Below are positions 1 through 9,952 of a DNA stretch of 64,000 bases, piece after piece. The translations under genes were made by a program, and so were the position numbers. The stretch is from positions 58,688 through 122,687 of IMG/VR virus record IMGVR_UViG_2834277561_000001; one strand, 5' to 3'. This stretch comes from a virus (Duplodnaviria; Heunggongvirae; Uroviricota; Caudoviricetes). Numbering within the stretch: the stretch's first letter is position 1; each line of letters begins with the position of its first letter. Under the pieces are notes generated by a model. It did not search any database. It had not been told where the DNA came from and saw only the letters and a program-made list of their open reading frames with translations.

Positions 1-89
1 GAAGACTTTGGCATCAGGTTTACCGCATAATAATAGAGGGGTTATCCAAACCCCTCTTCCTTTGTTAAGGTTGTCCTCGTCGGACAAAA

Positions 90-1067
90 TTATATTTTAT
101 TCACAAGACTCTTCCAGTACTGGAATCTCTTATTTACAGATTCAGAAGAAGCAGTACCACCACCTGCAAAAATAGCTGCGTACTTTTCGTTTGAATCATA
201 ATTATTTGAGAAATCAGATACCATAAGTGCAAACGTTGCAAAATCTTTGTTTTCTTTTACACACTGATATGCTGCATATAGCATCATCGGAATAGAAGTA
301 GGTTTAATTTTTAACTCCTCTATTGACTCATCTAATTTATCCAATGCTCCACGAAGAAGATCTACATCCGCCTGGATTATATTCTGATCATACCATGCGA
401 TGAAATCATTTATGTCTTTTGTTCTGAAAGACGTAAAATCTTGGTATTCATTGGTATTAATAAGCATTAGTGTTTCGCGAATCATATCTCTGTTGACATC
501 TTTTCTAATCTGCGCAGGAGACATGATTTTTTCGAAGAATTGATGATCAGCAAGAGAGAAGATGATTTCACTTACGGTGTCACTCTCAATTGCGGTACGT
601 TTCTGTGTATTAGATAATGGTTTACCATTATTCTGACGACGAAACATCTCGCGAATATCTTCATCAGTGCATCCTGAGAATATATATATGATAAGTTCAT
701 AATCTGAAATTTTATCTTTTACAGCTTCATCTAGCTCAGAATATTTCTTTCCAGCAATTTCATACTGTTCACCGTCGATTACTACTGGCTTTAATGTTTT
801 GGATAATTTATATCCATCCTCGATGAACCGACAAACAGTAGTGGCACGCTGTACGCCATCGAAGATGTATTTCTTTTCATCCTCTTTTAATTCCACGCGG
901 ATTGGATCGAGTGGGTAATTGCGAAGCATAGAATCGATAAGTAAGCTTTTCTGCTCTTTTGACCACTGATCCTCTTTACGCTGACATTTGTGTTTCGTGC
1001 TGTATCTACCCTTACCCATATCTTTTGCAAATGTTTTTACAAGCTGTTTTTTGTTGTTAAATTCCAT
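90..1067 (-). CDS. DUF262 (ParB/Srx-like, GmrSD N-terminal) domain protein
   Basis: QRKEDQWS...LIDSMLRNYPLDPI...IFDGVQRATT and EMFRRQNNGKPLS match the DUF262 QR..W / P / DGQQR / F.R.N.G motifs. Confidence 0.8.
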   Translation of the reverse strand: MEFNNKKQLVKTFAKDMGKGRYSTKHKCQRKEDQWSKEQKSLLIDSMLRNYPLDPIRVELKEDEKKYIFDGVQRATTVCRFIEDGYKLSKTLKPVVIDGEQYEIAGKKYSELDEAVKDKISDYELIIYIFSGCTDEDIREMFRRQNNGKPLSNTQKRTAIESDTVSEIIFSLADHQFFEKIMSPAQIRKDVNRDMIRETLMLINTNEYQDFTSFRTKDINDFIAWYDQNIIQADVDLLRGALDKLDESIEELKIKPTSIPMMLYAAYQCVKENKDFATFALMVSDFSNNYDSNEKYAAIFAGGGTASSESVNKRFQYWKSLVNKI

Positions 1068-1146
1068 TTTGCACCTCCAATATATGATAATTTTACGTTA
1101 ACACAATTGGTAAAATATGTAAAGGGACAAATATGTCTTATTTATA

Positions 1147-1233
1147 CGTTGGAGGTAGGATTCGAACCTACGCGCCCTTGCGGGCAAACGGTTTTCAAGA
1201 CCGCCGCATTCAACCAGACTCTGCCACTCCAAC
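1147..1233 (-). tRNA. trnS: tRNA-Ser(UGA)
   Basis: Acceptor stem GTTGGAG/CTCCAAC, discriminator G, anticodon loop CTTGAAA, long variable arm, T-loop GTTCGAATC. Confidence 0.92.
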
Positions 1234-1317
1234 AAATTTCCGTCTTTCCGGATTGTCAAACCACCCAGTAGTCATTCCCTAATTTGAAATAAAATTATGG
1301 AAAGGAGGGTGAAGTAT

Positions 1318-1425
1318 ATGGATTACCTACATAGTGTAAAATCTGTTCACGTTAATGTTTACAAACGTTTCCGTTGTGGTCAATGGGAACATGTAAGAGA
1401 ACATTGGCGTTCTTTACCTATCTGA
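1318..1425 (+). CDS. 35-aa small basic peptide MDYLHSVKSVHVNVYKRFRCGQWEHVREHWRSLPI (not in ORF track)
   Basis: Strong SD AAAGGAGGGTG 7 nt upstream of ATG 1318; TGA at 1423-1425. Confidence 0.6.
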   Translation: MDYLHSVKSVHVNVYKRFRCGQWEHVREHWRSLPI

Positions 1426-2159
1426 TAGACAAGGTATAGCTTTTCACCTAGAGCCGGATCAACTCTCTGATAAAGGTTTGGTTTCATTTCTTGGTAACTG
1501 ACGACACTCTTTAACGTATCTATTTGGACACTACTACAATAATGGCTACCACACAGGTAGCTTATAGGATTAGAATTCCAACATCATTATAGGTTTACAT
1601 GTCCGTGCAATTATTAGAATTTATTTGACTTTCTTGCTTGTGACAAACTTTTTTGTCGTCGTACTGCATTCTTTTTTGCAGTTTTTTCTAATAACAAATC
1701 ATCTAATTTATTATTTAATTCTCTGCCCAGAATGGATATACATGTGAATTCATCACTCCTATACAGAGAAGTAGCATAAGGAGTTTCTATATGTAACACT
1801 ATACACCTCGTTTAGTAGTCATTGTTTTGGAAGCGATGTTCTGCCCATTGTTTATCTTATACCTACTCGCTCATACATATCCGCGGTTTATGATCTTTTG
1901 GATTTTGCCTTATGACAAAATAACGTCTTTACAATTTCCTTATTGATTGGAAATTGCACTTCGTACTTCCACATGATATTATTAATTTAGTATTTCCGTC
2001 TATAAATAAATAATATTAACCGCTGTTGATCAGTAGTGGCTGCGTCTTTATATTTTTATATTGCCCCGCATCAACAACGTCATCTACAGCCATTTATATT
2101 CCGGTTGTTAGCGGTATAGCCGGAGATCACTGTTTATTTACTATGAAATTGGAGTTTCG

Positions 2160-3206
2160 TTATAGATCAGATAATCCTTTTTGATCTACTTGTTTTATTC
2201 CATCTTCATTGAAATATTTTTCAAATTCTTCTTCATCACTCAGGTCTTTGTAGACCTGAACCATCGAAATATCAGACCATCCAATAAGTGATTGGATAAC
2301 ATTGTCTGGTAAATTTTGTTTTGCACAACTCGTCGTAAAATAATGTCTAAGGCTATGCCAATAGAATGGAACTCCTAATATTTTAGAAAAGCTATTCGCC
2401 CAACTATCTAAAGTCTCTGGACTCATTTGTTCATCTATGTATTTCCCTGAAACTTTTTTAGGAAATAACCATTCAGATTCAATATTATGTTCTTTTCTAT
2501 AATTCATCCATAAATCTAAATATGGTTTAAATGGCTTTGCAAGAGTATATACAGTTAATGCTTTTCCTCGTGAACCACGTCCTTTTGTCATAATAAGTTC
2601 AGGAGTTTTATAAAGAGAACCATATATAATATTTTCATCATCGAAATATGATACTTTCATTCGTGGCAATTCACTTTTTCGTCTACCGTTATTCATTGCC
2701 ATGCTCAACATGCACGCTTTATCATATTTTTTCTTTTCTACTAGATAATCAAGTAGCTCTTGAAGTTGTTCTTCTTCAAAAACAGTTTTAGTAAACACTT
2801 TTTCATTCTGGGGATTTTCAATTTTACGAATTATTGGACGATATCCTTCGTATTCATCATCCAACATATTTTCAACATAATTAGAAAGAGAAGAGAGCGT
2901 AGATTTTACCCGTCGCATTCTAGCAGGACTCCATTTCCACTCAGTAAGACAAAAGCTTTGATATTTTGATATTTCACGCTTAGATAGATCTACAAAAAAT
3001 TTATTATTACAATGTTCCAGTAAATACACCCAAAAAATATTTAAATCATATCCATAGGCTTCGATGGTATTCTTTGACCTATCAATTGACACCAAATAAT
3101 CTAAAAAATCTTTTCCTAATTCTATATTCTCTGGATTTACTAATTTTAGTTTCTCGGGAGAAGTAATATCATTATGTTGTATTTTTCTTCCTGCTATTTT
3201 AATCAC
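2160..3206 (-). CDS. Tyrosine recombinase/integrase
   Basis: Catalytic set appears intact: NNGRRKSE (R), TKGRG (K), HSLRH, IGWSD, VQVY (Y). Confidence 0.9.
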   Translation of the reverse strand: MIKIAGRKIQHNDITSPEKLKLVNPENIELGKDFLDYLVSIDRSKNTIEAYGYDLNIFWVYLLEHCNNKFFVDLSKREISKYQSFCLTEWKWSPARMRRVKSTLSSLSNYVENMLDDEYEGYRPIIRKIENPQNEKVFTKTVFEEEQLQELLDYLVEKKKYDKACMLSMAMNNGRRKSELPRMKVSYFDDENIIYGSLYKTPELIMTKGRGSRGKALTVYTLAKPFKPYLDLWMNYRKEHNIESEWLFPKKVSGKYIDEQMSPETLDSWANSFSKILGVPFYWHSLRHYFTTSCAKQNLPDNVIQSLIGWSDISMVQVYKDLSDEEEFEKYFNEDGIKQVDQKGLSDL

Positions 3207-3235
3207 TTCCTCTCTTTATGTATAAAAATAAGAGC

Positions 3236-3493
3236 CTACGCAGCTCCTCTTGAAAAATCTCGTATAACATCTTTTGTATAATCTAATTCACCAATTTTTT
3301 GCACTTTTTTCCAATCAATATTATTCTTATAAAAACCTTCAATAGTAGTTCCTCGTTTTACTGCATACTTTTTTCGCCTCTGATTATAATATTTTGGAAT
3401 TTGATATCCCAAATTTTCATAATATTTTACAACATTCCCATCACAAAAAACCTTTATTTTCTGTGGTAAAATTATACCCATATATCCTCCCAT
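3236..3493 (-). CDS. Hypothetical protein
   Basis: ORF co-oriented with neighbours; SD GGAGG upstream of an internal ATG. Confidence 0.55.
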   Translation of the reverse strand: MGGYMGIILPQKIKVFCDGNVVKYYENLGYQIPKYYNQRRKKYAVKRGTTIEGFYKNNIDWKKVQKIGELDYTKDVIRDFSRGAA

Positions 3494-3547
3494 AAAATAG
3501 AAGAGGACTTATCGCTGTTTCACAACATGCGCCTCAAATTTATTCAA

Positions 3548-3618
3548 CACATCCGCCGCGGCTTGAACACGGAACTAACAGTTTTGGAGACTGTCGCTTT
3601 TCATTAAGCTACGGATGC
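3548..3618 (-). tRNA. trnW: tRNA-Trp(CCA)
   Basis: Acceptor stem GCATCCG/CGGATGT, anticodon arm ACAGT-CTCCAAA-ACTGT, T-loop GTTCAAG. Confidence 0.88.
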
Positions 3619-3642
3619 AAAACGCGAGATTTTACTCCCGCG

Positions 3643-4260
3643 TCAGAAATCAATCTTTCTCAAAATATCACGTACTCTGTCTTCATTCAGTACGTCACTG
3701 CCATAATATGAATAGCTTTTATATGCACCATCTTCATATTTGCTCAGATTAAAACCATGTACATTGTCACCGTCTTTTAATGTATGTACGTAGGTTTCAC
3801 CTTCCTCAACCTCGTCGTCTAGGAAACATTTACCTTCTTTGCGGTCGTAGCAACACTCGCAAAAGTCATCATATTCTTCTGGTTCTTCATCGTTAGATTC
3901 TTCAAAAGAATACTCATATACAATTGCATTTTTGCTGATTTTCTTGAGGACTTTTGTATTAGAATCTCCAGAAATAAATACAACGTCGCCATCGGGATAA
4001 AGATATTCATCTTTAGGTTTTGCTTTCTCACACCAGATACCATCGTCTTTAATGGTCACATAGTATTCATCTTCGTACCCATGCCATTCAGGATCTTCTA
4101 AAAGAAGCTCTTTGAAATTGTGATCGTAGAAGATTAGCTCGCGCAGAATTTCTTTTGCATCTTCATATTTACAAACAAACACGATTTCATTATGCCCGTC
4201 GTACATATCATTTGCCGCAAGGCATAAATACTCGATATCTTCAAAATATAATGTCTTCAT
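3643..4260 (-). CDS. Acidic hypothetical protein (start moved to ATG 4260)
   Basis: GGTGG SD precedes MKTLYFEDIEY; the longer track start overlaps the HU gene. Confidence 0.65.
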   Translation of the reverse strand: MKTLYFEDIEYLCLAANDMYDGHNEIVFVCKYEDAKEILRELIFYDHNFKELLLEDPEWHGYEDEYYVTIKDDGIWCEKAKPKDEYLYPDGDVVFISGDSNTKVLKKISKNAIVYEYSFEESNDEEPEEYDDFCECCYDRKEGKCFLDDEVEEGETYVHTLKDGDNVHGFNLSKYEDGAYKSYSYYGSDVLNEDRVRDILRKIDF

Positions 4261-4273
4261 ATGACACCACCAA

Positions 4274-4588
4274 TCACACTTCTTTGAATGCCGGAAGTGG
4301 TTTAAACACAAGTTTATAATGTTCTGGTTTCTCCCAAGCAACACCATTTGCTACGCCAGATCTTTCGCCAACTTTAACTTTTTTAAATCCGCCGAGTCCT
4401 GGCAGTGGGAGTTTATCCTTTTCGTCCAGTGCAGGAAGTTCATCACATACCATTTCTACATAAGAATCAAGAATGAGTTCAACCTGTGCTTTGGTAATTG
4501 GTTTCGGTTTATTCCCTTCGTCGTACTGCGCCAGATATTTCTCATTTACTCTGGCGGCAACTGCTTTAATCATTTCTACTTTTGTCAT
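4274..4588 (-). CDS. HU/IHF-like DNA-binding protein
   Basis: MTKVEMIKAVAAR...LPGLGGFKKVKVGERSG...LVFKPLPAFKE follows the HU pattern. Confidence 0.8.
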   Translation of the reverse strand: MTKVEMIKAVAARVNEKYLAQYDEGNKPKPITKAQVELILDSYVEMVCDELPALDEKDKLPLPGLGGFKKVKVGERSGVANGVAWEKPEHYKLVFKPLPAFKEV

Positions 4589-4616
4589 TTAACTATTTCC
4601 CCTATATCTCTAAAAT

Positions 4617-4642
4617 AGAGACATCTAAAAATAGATGTCTCT
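4617..4642 (-). terminator. Intrinsic terminator-like hairpin
   Basis: Perfect 11-bp inverted repeat AGAGACATCTA-aaaa-TAGATGTCTCT just after the 4646 stop codon. Confidence 0.55.
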
Positions 4643-4645
4643 GTA

Positions 4646-5860
4646 CTAATTGACTTTTAATTTATGTTCACAAGTCAGACCTTTAAGTTGGTCAAACTCG
4701 TATAAAGAAGCTCCTGCGTTAGATGTCGCGAGTAACGACATTCCATAAGGATCTACTCCAATCATAGATCGCACAGACAGAGCTTCTGCATTAATTCCCA
4801 TTTCTTTTGAAGTAAGATGATGAATGTGCGCACCGATAATATAAGATATTGGCGTATCGTAAGCGCGAGAGTAGTCATTCAATGCTTTGCCTAAATCTTT
4901 TACTTCTCCATGAATTCCAAGAATTTGATGTGTGGAAAACATCCCGAAATTCATCCCTGTAGGATTTTCGATAATCGTCACATTTGGATTATCTGCTAAC
5001 TGATATTTAATCATCAACATGATAACCTTGCTCATATTCTCATCTGAGAATGCATTTTTTGGTGCGCCACAAAGTCTGAGTTGATTATGATTACTATCCA
5101 TAGTCATCTGGAATTTAACTCTTACATATTTACTTAATGTGTTGATCCATTTTGCCAAGAAATCACCATATCTTGTGGCGGAGTCAATTACACCGTATCG
5201 AAGTTGCATAAGCTGAGAATTCAGACGCAGCAATCCTTGAATTCCATCGCCAAGTTCCCATACGTTTAATTCTTTAATTCCACGGTCATGAATAATTTCG
5301 ACAACCTGATTGTATAAATCCCACATACGCTCTTCAAAAATTTCTGGGTTATATTCATTAATAATATTTCCGAAAAAATCCTTAATGGAAAACTCAATTC
5401 CATAGTGGCAATCAGCCAGAGCCAATAAATATGATTTATTATTATGTACTGGCTTAATGTATTCCGGAACCTTAACAGGCGGAAGAGTAGCGATTGAACT
5501 ACAAATCTTTTCTGTAATCATTTCATCACGAGCTTCTTCACGAAGCCACTTATTATACTCAAGTTTTTCAGTCTGAATTTTCTTACGCTCTTTTTCAAGC
5601 TCGCGCTGGGCAAGTGCAATTTCCTGCAACTGGGCATTTGAATCCACGTATTTACTGCGATTCGCGGCAAGCATCTTATCAAACGCCTGACGCTGTTTAC
5701 GAAATTTAGATTCTGTATATTCCGTGCCAAGCAATTCGTTGAGAATATTCGCAACATCCTGCCATGAACCAATCTTATCTTTATCTCCAGTTATTCGGTA
5801 GATTAACTCTTCATCACTTTCATTTTCAAATCTTCTATATGAAGTTATAATGTTCACCAC
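4646..5860 (-). CDS. Calcineurin-like metallophosphoesterase
   Basis: ADCHYG, GDGIQG, SNHNQ, GIHGE and GAHIHH metal-binding motifs. Confidence 0.85.
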   Translation of the reverse strand: MVNIITSYRRFENESDEELIYRITGDKDKIGSWQDVANILNELLGTEYTESKFRKQRQAFDKMLAANRSKYVDSNAQLQEIALAQRELEKERKKIQTEKLEYNKWLREEARDEMITEKICSSIATLPPVKVPEYIKPVHNNKSYLLALADCHYGIEFSIKDFFGNIINEYNPEIFEERMWDLYNQVVEIIHDRGIKELNVWELGDGIQGLLRLNSQLMQLRYGVIDSATRYGDFLAKWINTLSKYVRVKFQMTMDSNHNQLRLCGAPKNAFSDENMSKVIMLMIKYQLADNPNVTIIENPTGMNFGMFSTHQILGIHGEVKDLGKALNDYSRAYDTPISYIIGAHIHHLTSKEMGINAEALSVRSMIGVDPYGMSLLATSNAGASLYEFDQLKGLTCEHKLKVN

Positions 5861-5865
5861 CCAAC

Positions 5866-6090
5866 TTACGCATCAGCAAGGTCGGTTTCTTCTTTGACCT
5901 TTACGACAAGTTCAATAGCAGCTCCCTCAAAATCTCGAAGCTCTTCAAGAAGTTCTTTGTCTTCTCCATCTACATTGATAATGCCACCTTCGGCGTCGTA
6001 AATTCCTGCTAATTTTTTCGTTGTTACGGTGTTTTTTTTATATAAATAATTTGCCATTAAACTAATTTCTCCTTTATATCTAATACTCAA
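5866..6090 (-). CDS. YonK-like small protein
   Basis: Size and pattern (GIYD...ELLEELRDFEGAAIELVVKVKEETDL) recall SPbeta YonK; recognised from memory. Confidence 0.5.
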   Translation of the reverse strand: MSIRYKGEISLMANYLYKKNTVTTKKLAGIYDAEGGIINVDGEDKELLEELRDFEGAAIELVVKVKEETDLADA

Positions 6091-6125
6091 TTTTCTCTAC
6101 AAAAATAGGAGAGTGTTTAGCTCTC

Positions 6126-6764
6126 CTAAAATAATTCTTCGATGTTTTCTATAATTTTATCTGCGACACCATATTTGATAATCTCATTGGAATCTAACCA
6201 CCAATTACGTCTGTAGTTTTTGTCATATTCATTTTCCGGAATGTCTGTGTGATCGAGAATGAATTTCTTTGTGAATTCCTCTGTCTTCCTTGTATATTCC
6301 AAATCGTCAAGTACCTTGCCAGTATCACCAAATGTTCCAGTGCTTCCATCATGAATAAGTGCTTCTGTTGTATTTAGAATATAACGATTTCCTTTCGGGA
6401 TTCCCATTAAAAGAAGATCCCCTGCGGAATAGCATTTACCCATGCCAATCGCATATACAGGTGTTTTTGATAAATTACATATAGTAATTAACTCCATGAT
6501 GCTATTCAAAGAACCACCATTGCTATTGATGAAAATTTTGATTGGCTTTCTATCTTTTACAGGAATATCTTTATCTTCACGATTCCACTGAATGATTTCC
6601 TGTGTCCATTCCACGGTGCCATCATCAATATTCTGATTAATCAGAATTTCTCTATTTTCAAGTCTTTTATAATAATCCAGAAGAGAAGGATCTGGTAATT
6701 TTAAATTCGCCCAATCACCAATATCTTCCGTAACGTCAAAGAATTCTACATAATCTTTATTCAT
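6126..6764 (-). CDS. clpP: ClpP-like protease subunit
   Basis: IFINSNGGS, GKCYSAG (catalytic Ser), ALIHDG (His) and ..GVADKI motifs. Confidence 0.88.
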   Translation of the reverse strand: MNKDYVEFFDVTEDIGDWANLKLPDPSLLDYYKRLENREILINQNIDDGTVEWTQEIIQWNREDKDIPVKDRKPIKIFINSNGGSLNSIMELITICNLSKTPVYAIGMGKCYSAGDLLLMGIPKGNRYILNTTEALIHDGSTGTFGDTGKVLDDLEYTRKTEEFTKKFILDHTDIPENEYDKNYRRNWWLDSNEIIKYGVADKIIENIEELF

Positions 6765-6795
6765 AGACTTATTTTCCTCGATTTTCGTAATATTT

Positions 6796-8229
6796 TTATA
6801 ATGTAATTTTTAGGCTAGAGTTAGAAATTACAACTCTAGTAGATTTGCACATTTTTTCAAACTGCTTATCTAATTCCTTCTTTAAAGTTTCTTTCGCAGT
6901 TTTTGATCCATGATGTAATATGATTTTATTCGTATTGATATTCGTGTATATATCGACGAGCTGCCAGAAAGGAGCATGCCCACTTAAAGATTTTAGGGAA
7001 TAAGACGCACATCTGCAAGGATACTCCTTTTGATCAATCGTAATCGTTTTACGTTTATTGTCCTTTAATAATGACGCTAAACTTCCTTCTGTACTGAACC
7101 CTACGAAAAGTGCGGTAGTGTTCGGATCAGGAACGCATCTTTTAAGATGATGCCTAATTCGTCCAGATTGACACATTCCAGAACTTGAAATAATTAAGCA
7201 TGGTTCATTGCTTGCGACCAAATGTTTACTATCTTCAGATTCCTTTATAAAAGTAAACATGTTACTTGTCATCATGGAATCAAAATCGATTTTATCCTGC
7301 CCGTCAAGACACTCTGCATAATCTTCAAAAATCTTAATTGTTAATGGTGAATCAATATAAATTTTGGGTTTCCATTCAGAATCTTTATACATCTCATATA
7401 ACATGAGTGCTAATTGCTGGCTCCTGGACATAGAAAAGCTTGGTATAATAACACGTCCATTCATTTCATGAATCTGTGTATCTATAATGGATTTAAATTT
7501 ATCTAAATCATTTTTCCGTTCTTTGATTCCAGTTTTAATATCAGGTCTGTCGCCATATGTACTTTCACCAATAACAACATCTGCATATTCTACCTGTTGA
7601 TATTCACCAACAAATCTATTTCCAACTATTTTGTTTCCTAAATCACCAGTAACAAGAAGTGTTTTTGTCGTTCCATCGATTGAAAAATATAATTTCACTT
7701 GACAACTTCCAAGAATATGACCTGCCGGAACTAGCTCAAATGCTAGTTCATCATCTATTACAATTTTTTGATTTACTGGTTTTTCAAGAGTATATTCCAA
7801 CATCTTATATACGTCTGATACGGAATACAAAGGTTTGTAATTTTTATTATGTTGAGAATTAATCATCAAAATATCGCGTTCATTGATATAAGCAGAATCC
7901 AATGTCATATCTTTTAAAATCTGTTTTGAATTCTCGGATATAATAGTTGCACCGCGAAATCCATCTCTATATAATTTTGGAATTAAACCGACATGATCAA
8001 TATGATTATGAGTTACAAAAACAAAATCAATATCTTTTACCTTGAATTCTTTGAATTTTCTATTATTCACAAGATAATCTTCATATCTATCATTTGTCTG
8101 ATGCATTCCACAATCTACCAAAATTCTGTGATTAAATGTCTCAATATAAATAAGACTCCCTGTCACATCCTCAGATGACGGAGAGTCTACAAAAGAAATT
8201 TTTACTCTATTTTTCTTTTTTGCAGCGAT
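6796..8229 (-). CDS. MBL-fold beta-CASP nuclease (probable non-canonical ATC start at 8229)
   Basis: ILVDCG, THNHIDH, AGHILGS, TGDLG, GESTYG and LSGHA motifs; the KISFVD..EDVTGS N-terminal strand lies upstream of the track start. Confidence 0.88.
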   Translation of the reverse strand: MAAKKKNRVKISFVDSPSSEDVTGSLIYIETFNHRILVDCGMHQTNDRYEDYLVNNRKFKEFKVKDIDFVFVTHNHIDHVGLIPKLYRDGFRGATIISENSKQILKDMTLDSAYINERDILMINSQHNKNYKPLYSVSDVYKMLEYTLEKPVNQKIVIDDELAFELVPAGHILGSCQVKLYFSIDGTTKTLLVTGDLGNKIVGNRFVGEYQQVEYADVVIGESTYGDRPDIKTGIKERKNDLDKFKSIIDTQIHEMNGRVIIPSFSMSRSQQLALMLYEMYKDSEWKPKIYIDSPLTIKIFEDYAECLDGQDKIDFDSMMTSNMFTFIKESEDSKHLVASNEPCLIISSSGMCQSGRIRHHLKRCVPDPNTTALFVGFSTEGSLASLLKDNKRKTITIDQKEYPCRCASYSLKSLSGHAPFWQLVDIYTNINTNKIILHHGSKTAKETLKKELDKQFEKMCKSTRVVISNSSLKITL

Positions 8230-8249
8230 TGTAACGTACCACCTTTCTT

Positions 8250-9440
8250 GTGAACTACCGCAAAGCTAAAGCTTCTGCGGCTTCCTAGTCAATATCTCTA
8301 CTGAGACAAGTTTATCTAGGCTATCTCCGCAGTTCCTGCGGTTCTTATTCTCAATCCTTCATTTAGGATATTTATTGCTGCGTTGATATCTCTATCGTGA
8401 TTCTCATGACAATTAGGACATGTCCATTCTCGAATACTCGTGTCTTTAATCTTTTTATTGACATATCCACAACAAGAGCATGTTTGGCTTGACGGAAACC
8501 ACGTGCTAATTTTTACAATTTCTCGCCCATACCATTGTGCTTTATATTCGAGCTGCCGCACAAATTCACTCCACGAGACATCTGCAACTGATTTTGATAT
8601 CTGTTTATTGCTCATCATTTCCTTGATTTTCAAATTCTCAAGACATATTGTTTGGTTTTCACAAATAAGCCTTTTTGACAATTTGTTTAGAAAATCTTTT
8701 CTCTGATTTGCAATTTTCTCATGTTGTTTTGCAACTTTAATTCTGCATTTATTTCTGTTTTTACTTCCTTTTTGACATCTTGATAAGTCTTTTTGTAATT
8801 TCCGAAGCCTGGATTCTGACTTGGATAAATATTTTGGATTGCCTATTTTTTCTTCATTGGATAAAATAGCAAAATCTTTTAATCCTAAATCTATTCCAAC
8901 TTCACATTCTGATTTTGGCAGCTTTTCAATTTCATTCCGTTTAACCAAAACTGAAACGTAATATTTTCCAGATGGTTTCCGTGAGATGGTTACTGATTTT
9001 ATTAGTCCATCAAAATCTCTATGTTTCTTTAATCTTACTAATCCGATTTTTGGAAGCTTAATATATCTGTCTGAAACATAAATATTTCCGCCTTTATTAT
9101 TGGTGGTATAAGAGTAGTTGTGTGTTTTCTTGCTCTTGAATTTTGGAAAACCTGTTTCTGGACTACGAAAGAAATTTTTATATGCTGTCTGTAGGTTCAG
9201 TTGTGCATTTGCTAAAGCAAGAGAATCAACTTCTTTCAACCATTCAAACTCTTTCTTATACTGAGCTGGTGTATTGTGCAAAGTTTTCTTTGTTTGTTTA
9301 TAATACTCGATCTTATCTGAAAGCATCTGATTATAAATGAATCTGACACAACCAAAACATTTTGCAAAATATATTCTTTGCTCTACATTTGGATATAATC
9401 TATATTTATATGCCATCAACATTCATAATCACTTCCTTTC
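8250..9440 (-). mobile_element. IS200/IS605-family solo-TnpB element; right end defined, left end not
   Basis: Subterminal hairpin CCGCAGAAGC-TTTA-GCTTTGCGG followed by GTAGTTCAC ending at 8250; no tnpA nearby. Confidence 0.75.
8316..9422 (-). CDS. tnpB: TnpB RNA-guided endonuclease
   Basis: AYKYRLYP N-terminus; RuvC residues in GIDLG, CLENL and DRDINAA; zinc finger CSCCG..CPNC. Confidence 0.95.
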   Translation of the reverse strand: MLMAYKYRLYPNVEQRIYFAKCFGCVRFIYNQMLSDKIEYYKQTKKTLHNTPAQYKKEFEWLKEVDSLALANAQLNLQTAYKNFFRSPETGFPKFKSKKTHNYSYTTNNKGGNIYVSDRYIKLPKIGLVRLKKHRDFDGLIKSVTISRKPSGKYYVSVLVKRNEIEKLPKSECEVGIDLGLKDFAILSNEEKIGNPKYLSKSESRLRKLQKDLSRCQKGSKNRNKCRIKVAKQHEKIANQRKDFLNKLSKRLICENQTICLENLKIKEMMSNKQISKSVADVSWSEFVRQLEYKAQWYGREIVKISTWFPSSQTCSCCGYVNKKIKDTSIREWTCPNCHENHDRDINAAINILNEGLRIRTAGTAEIA

Positions 9441-9653
9441 ATATAATAATTCTCCATTATCCCTGATTTTCAATATAATTTCTCAATCTGTATTCACTTA
9501 CATTTCCATTTCTTTAATAAATACACGATGTATCTTACAAACATCAAAAGAGTATTGTTTTATATCATCTGAATTTCTTGATTTAGGAATAATTCCTTTC
9601 TATATTTACAAATCAATATCAAATGATCTTGCAATAGATATTTATGTCTATTT

Positions 9654-9845
9654 TTAGATTTCGTGTCTTTTTGCACGAATAGCATTATAAGCTTTCATAT
9701 TTTTGAAGCTTGTACATAGATAATATGTCTTTCTTTTATGAGAGCAACTATCTGTATGACTGATTCCATAAGATCCGTATGGAATTCCGTATTCTTTATT
9801 CAAAGTTTTTGCATCTTCCTTTGAAATTTTTACCAAATTTTGCAC
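9654..9845 (-). CDS. Hypothetical protein
   Basis: ORF with AAGGA SD, co-oriented with neighbours. Confidence 0.55.
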   Translation of the reverse strand: MQNLVKISKEDAKTLNKEYGIPYGSYGISHTDSCSHKRKTYYLCTSFKNMKAYNAIRAKRHEI

Positions 9846-9879
9846 ATCCTTATTATTATATTTATCCGATTGGATAGAA

Positions 9880-9952
9880 TGGCGGGAGTAGGATTTGAAC
9901 CCACGACTTCTGAATATGAATCAGACGAGCTACCGGACTGCTCTATCCCGCA
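9880..9952 (-). tRNA. trnM: tRNA-Met(CAU), initiator-like acceptor stem
   Basis: T1/C72 mismatch, fMet-like D arm GAGCAGTCCGGTAGCTC, anticodon arm TCTGA-TTCATAT-TCAGA, T-loop GTTCAAATC. Confidence 0.88.

Noticed and set aside
2160-3618. attP/attL site next to the integrase and tRNAs
   Set aside because: No duplicated tRNA 3' end or host-like flank is visible; phage-type genes continue on both sides
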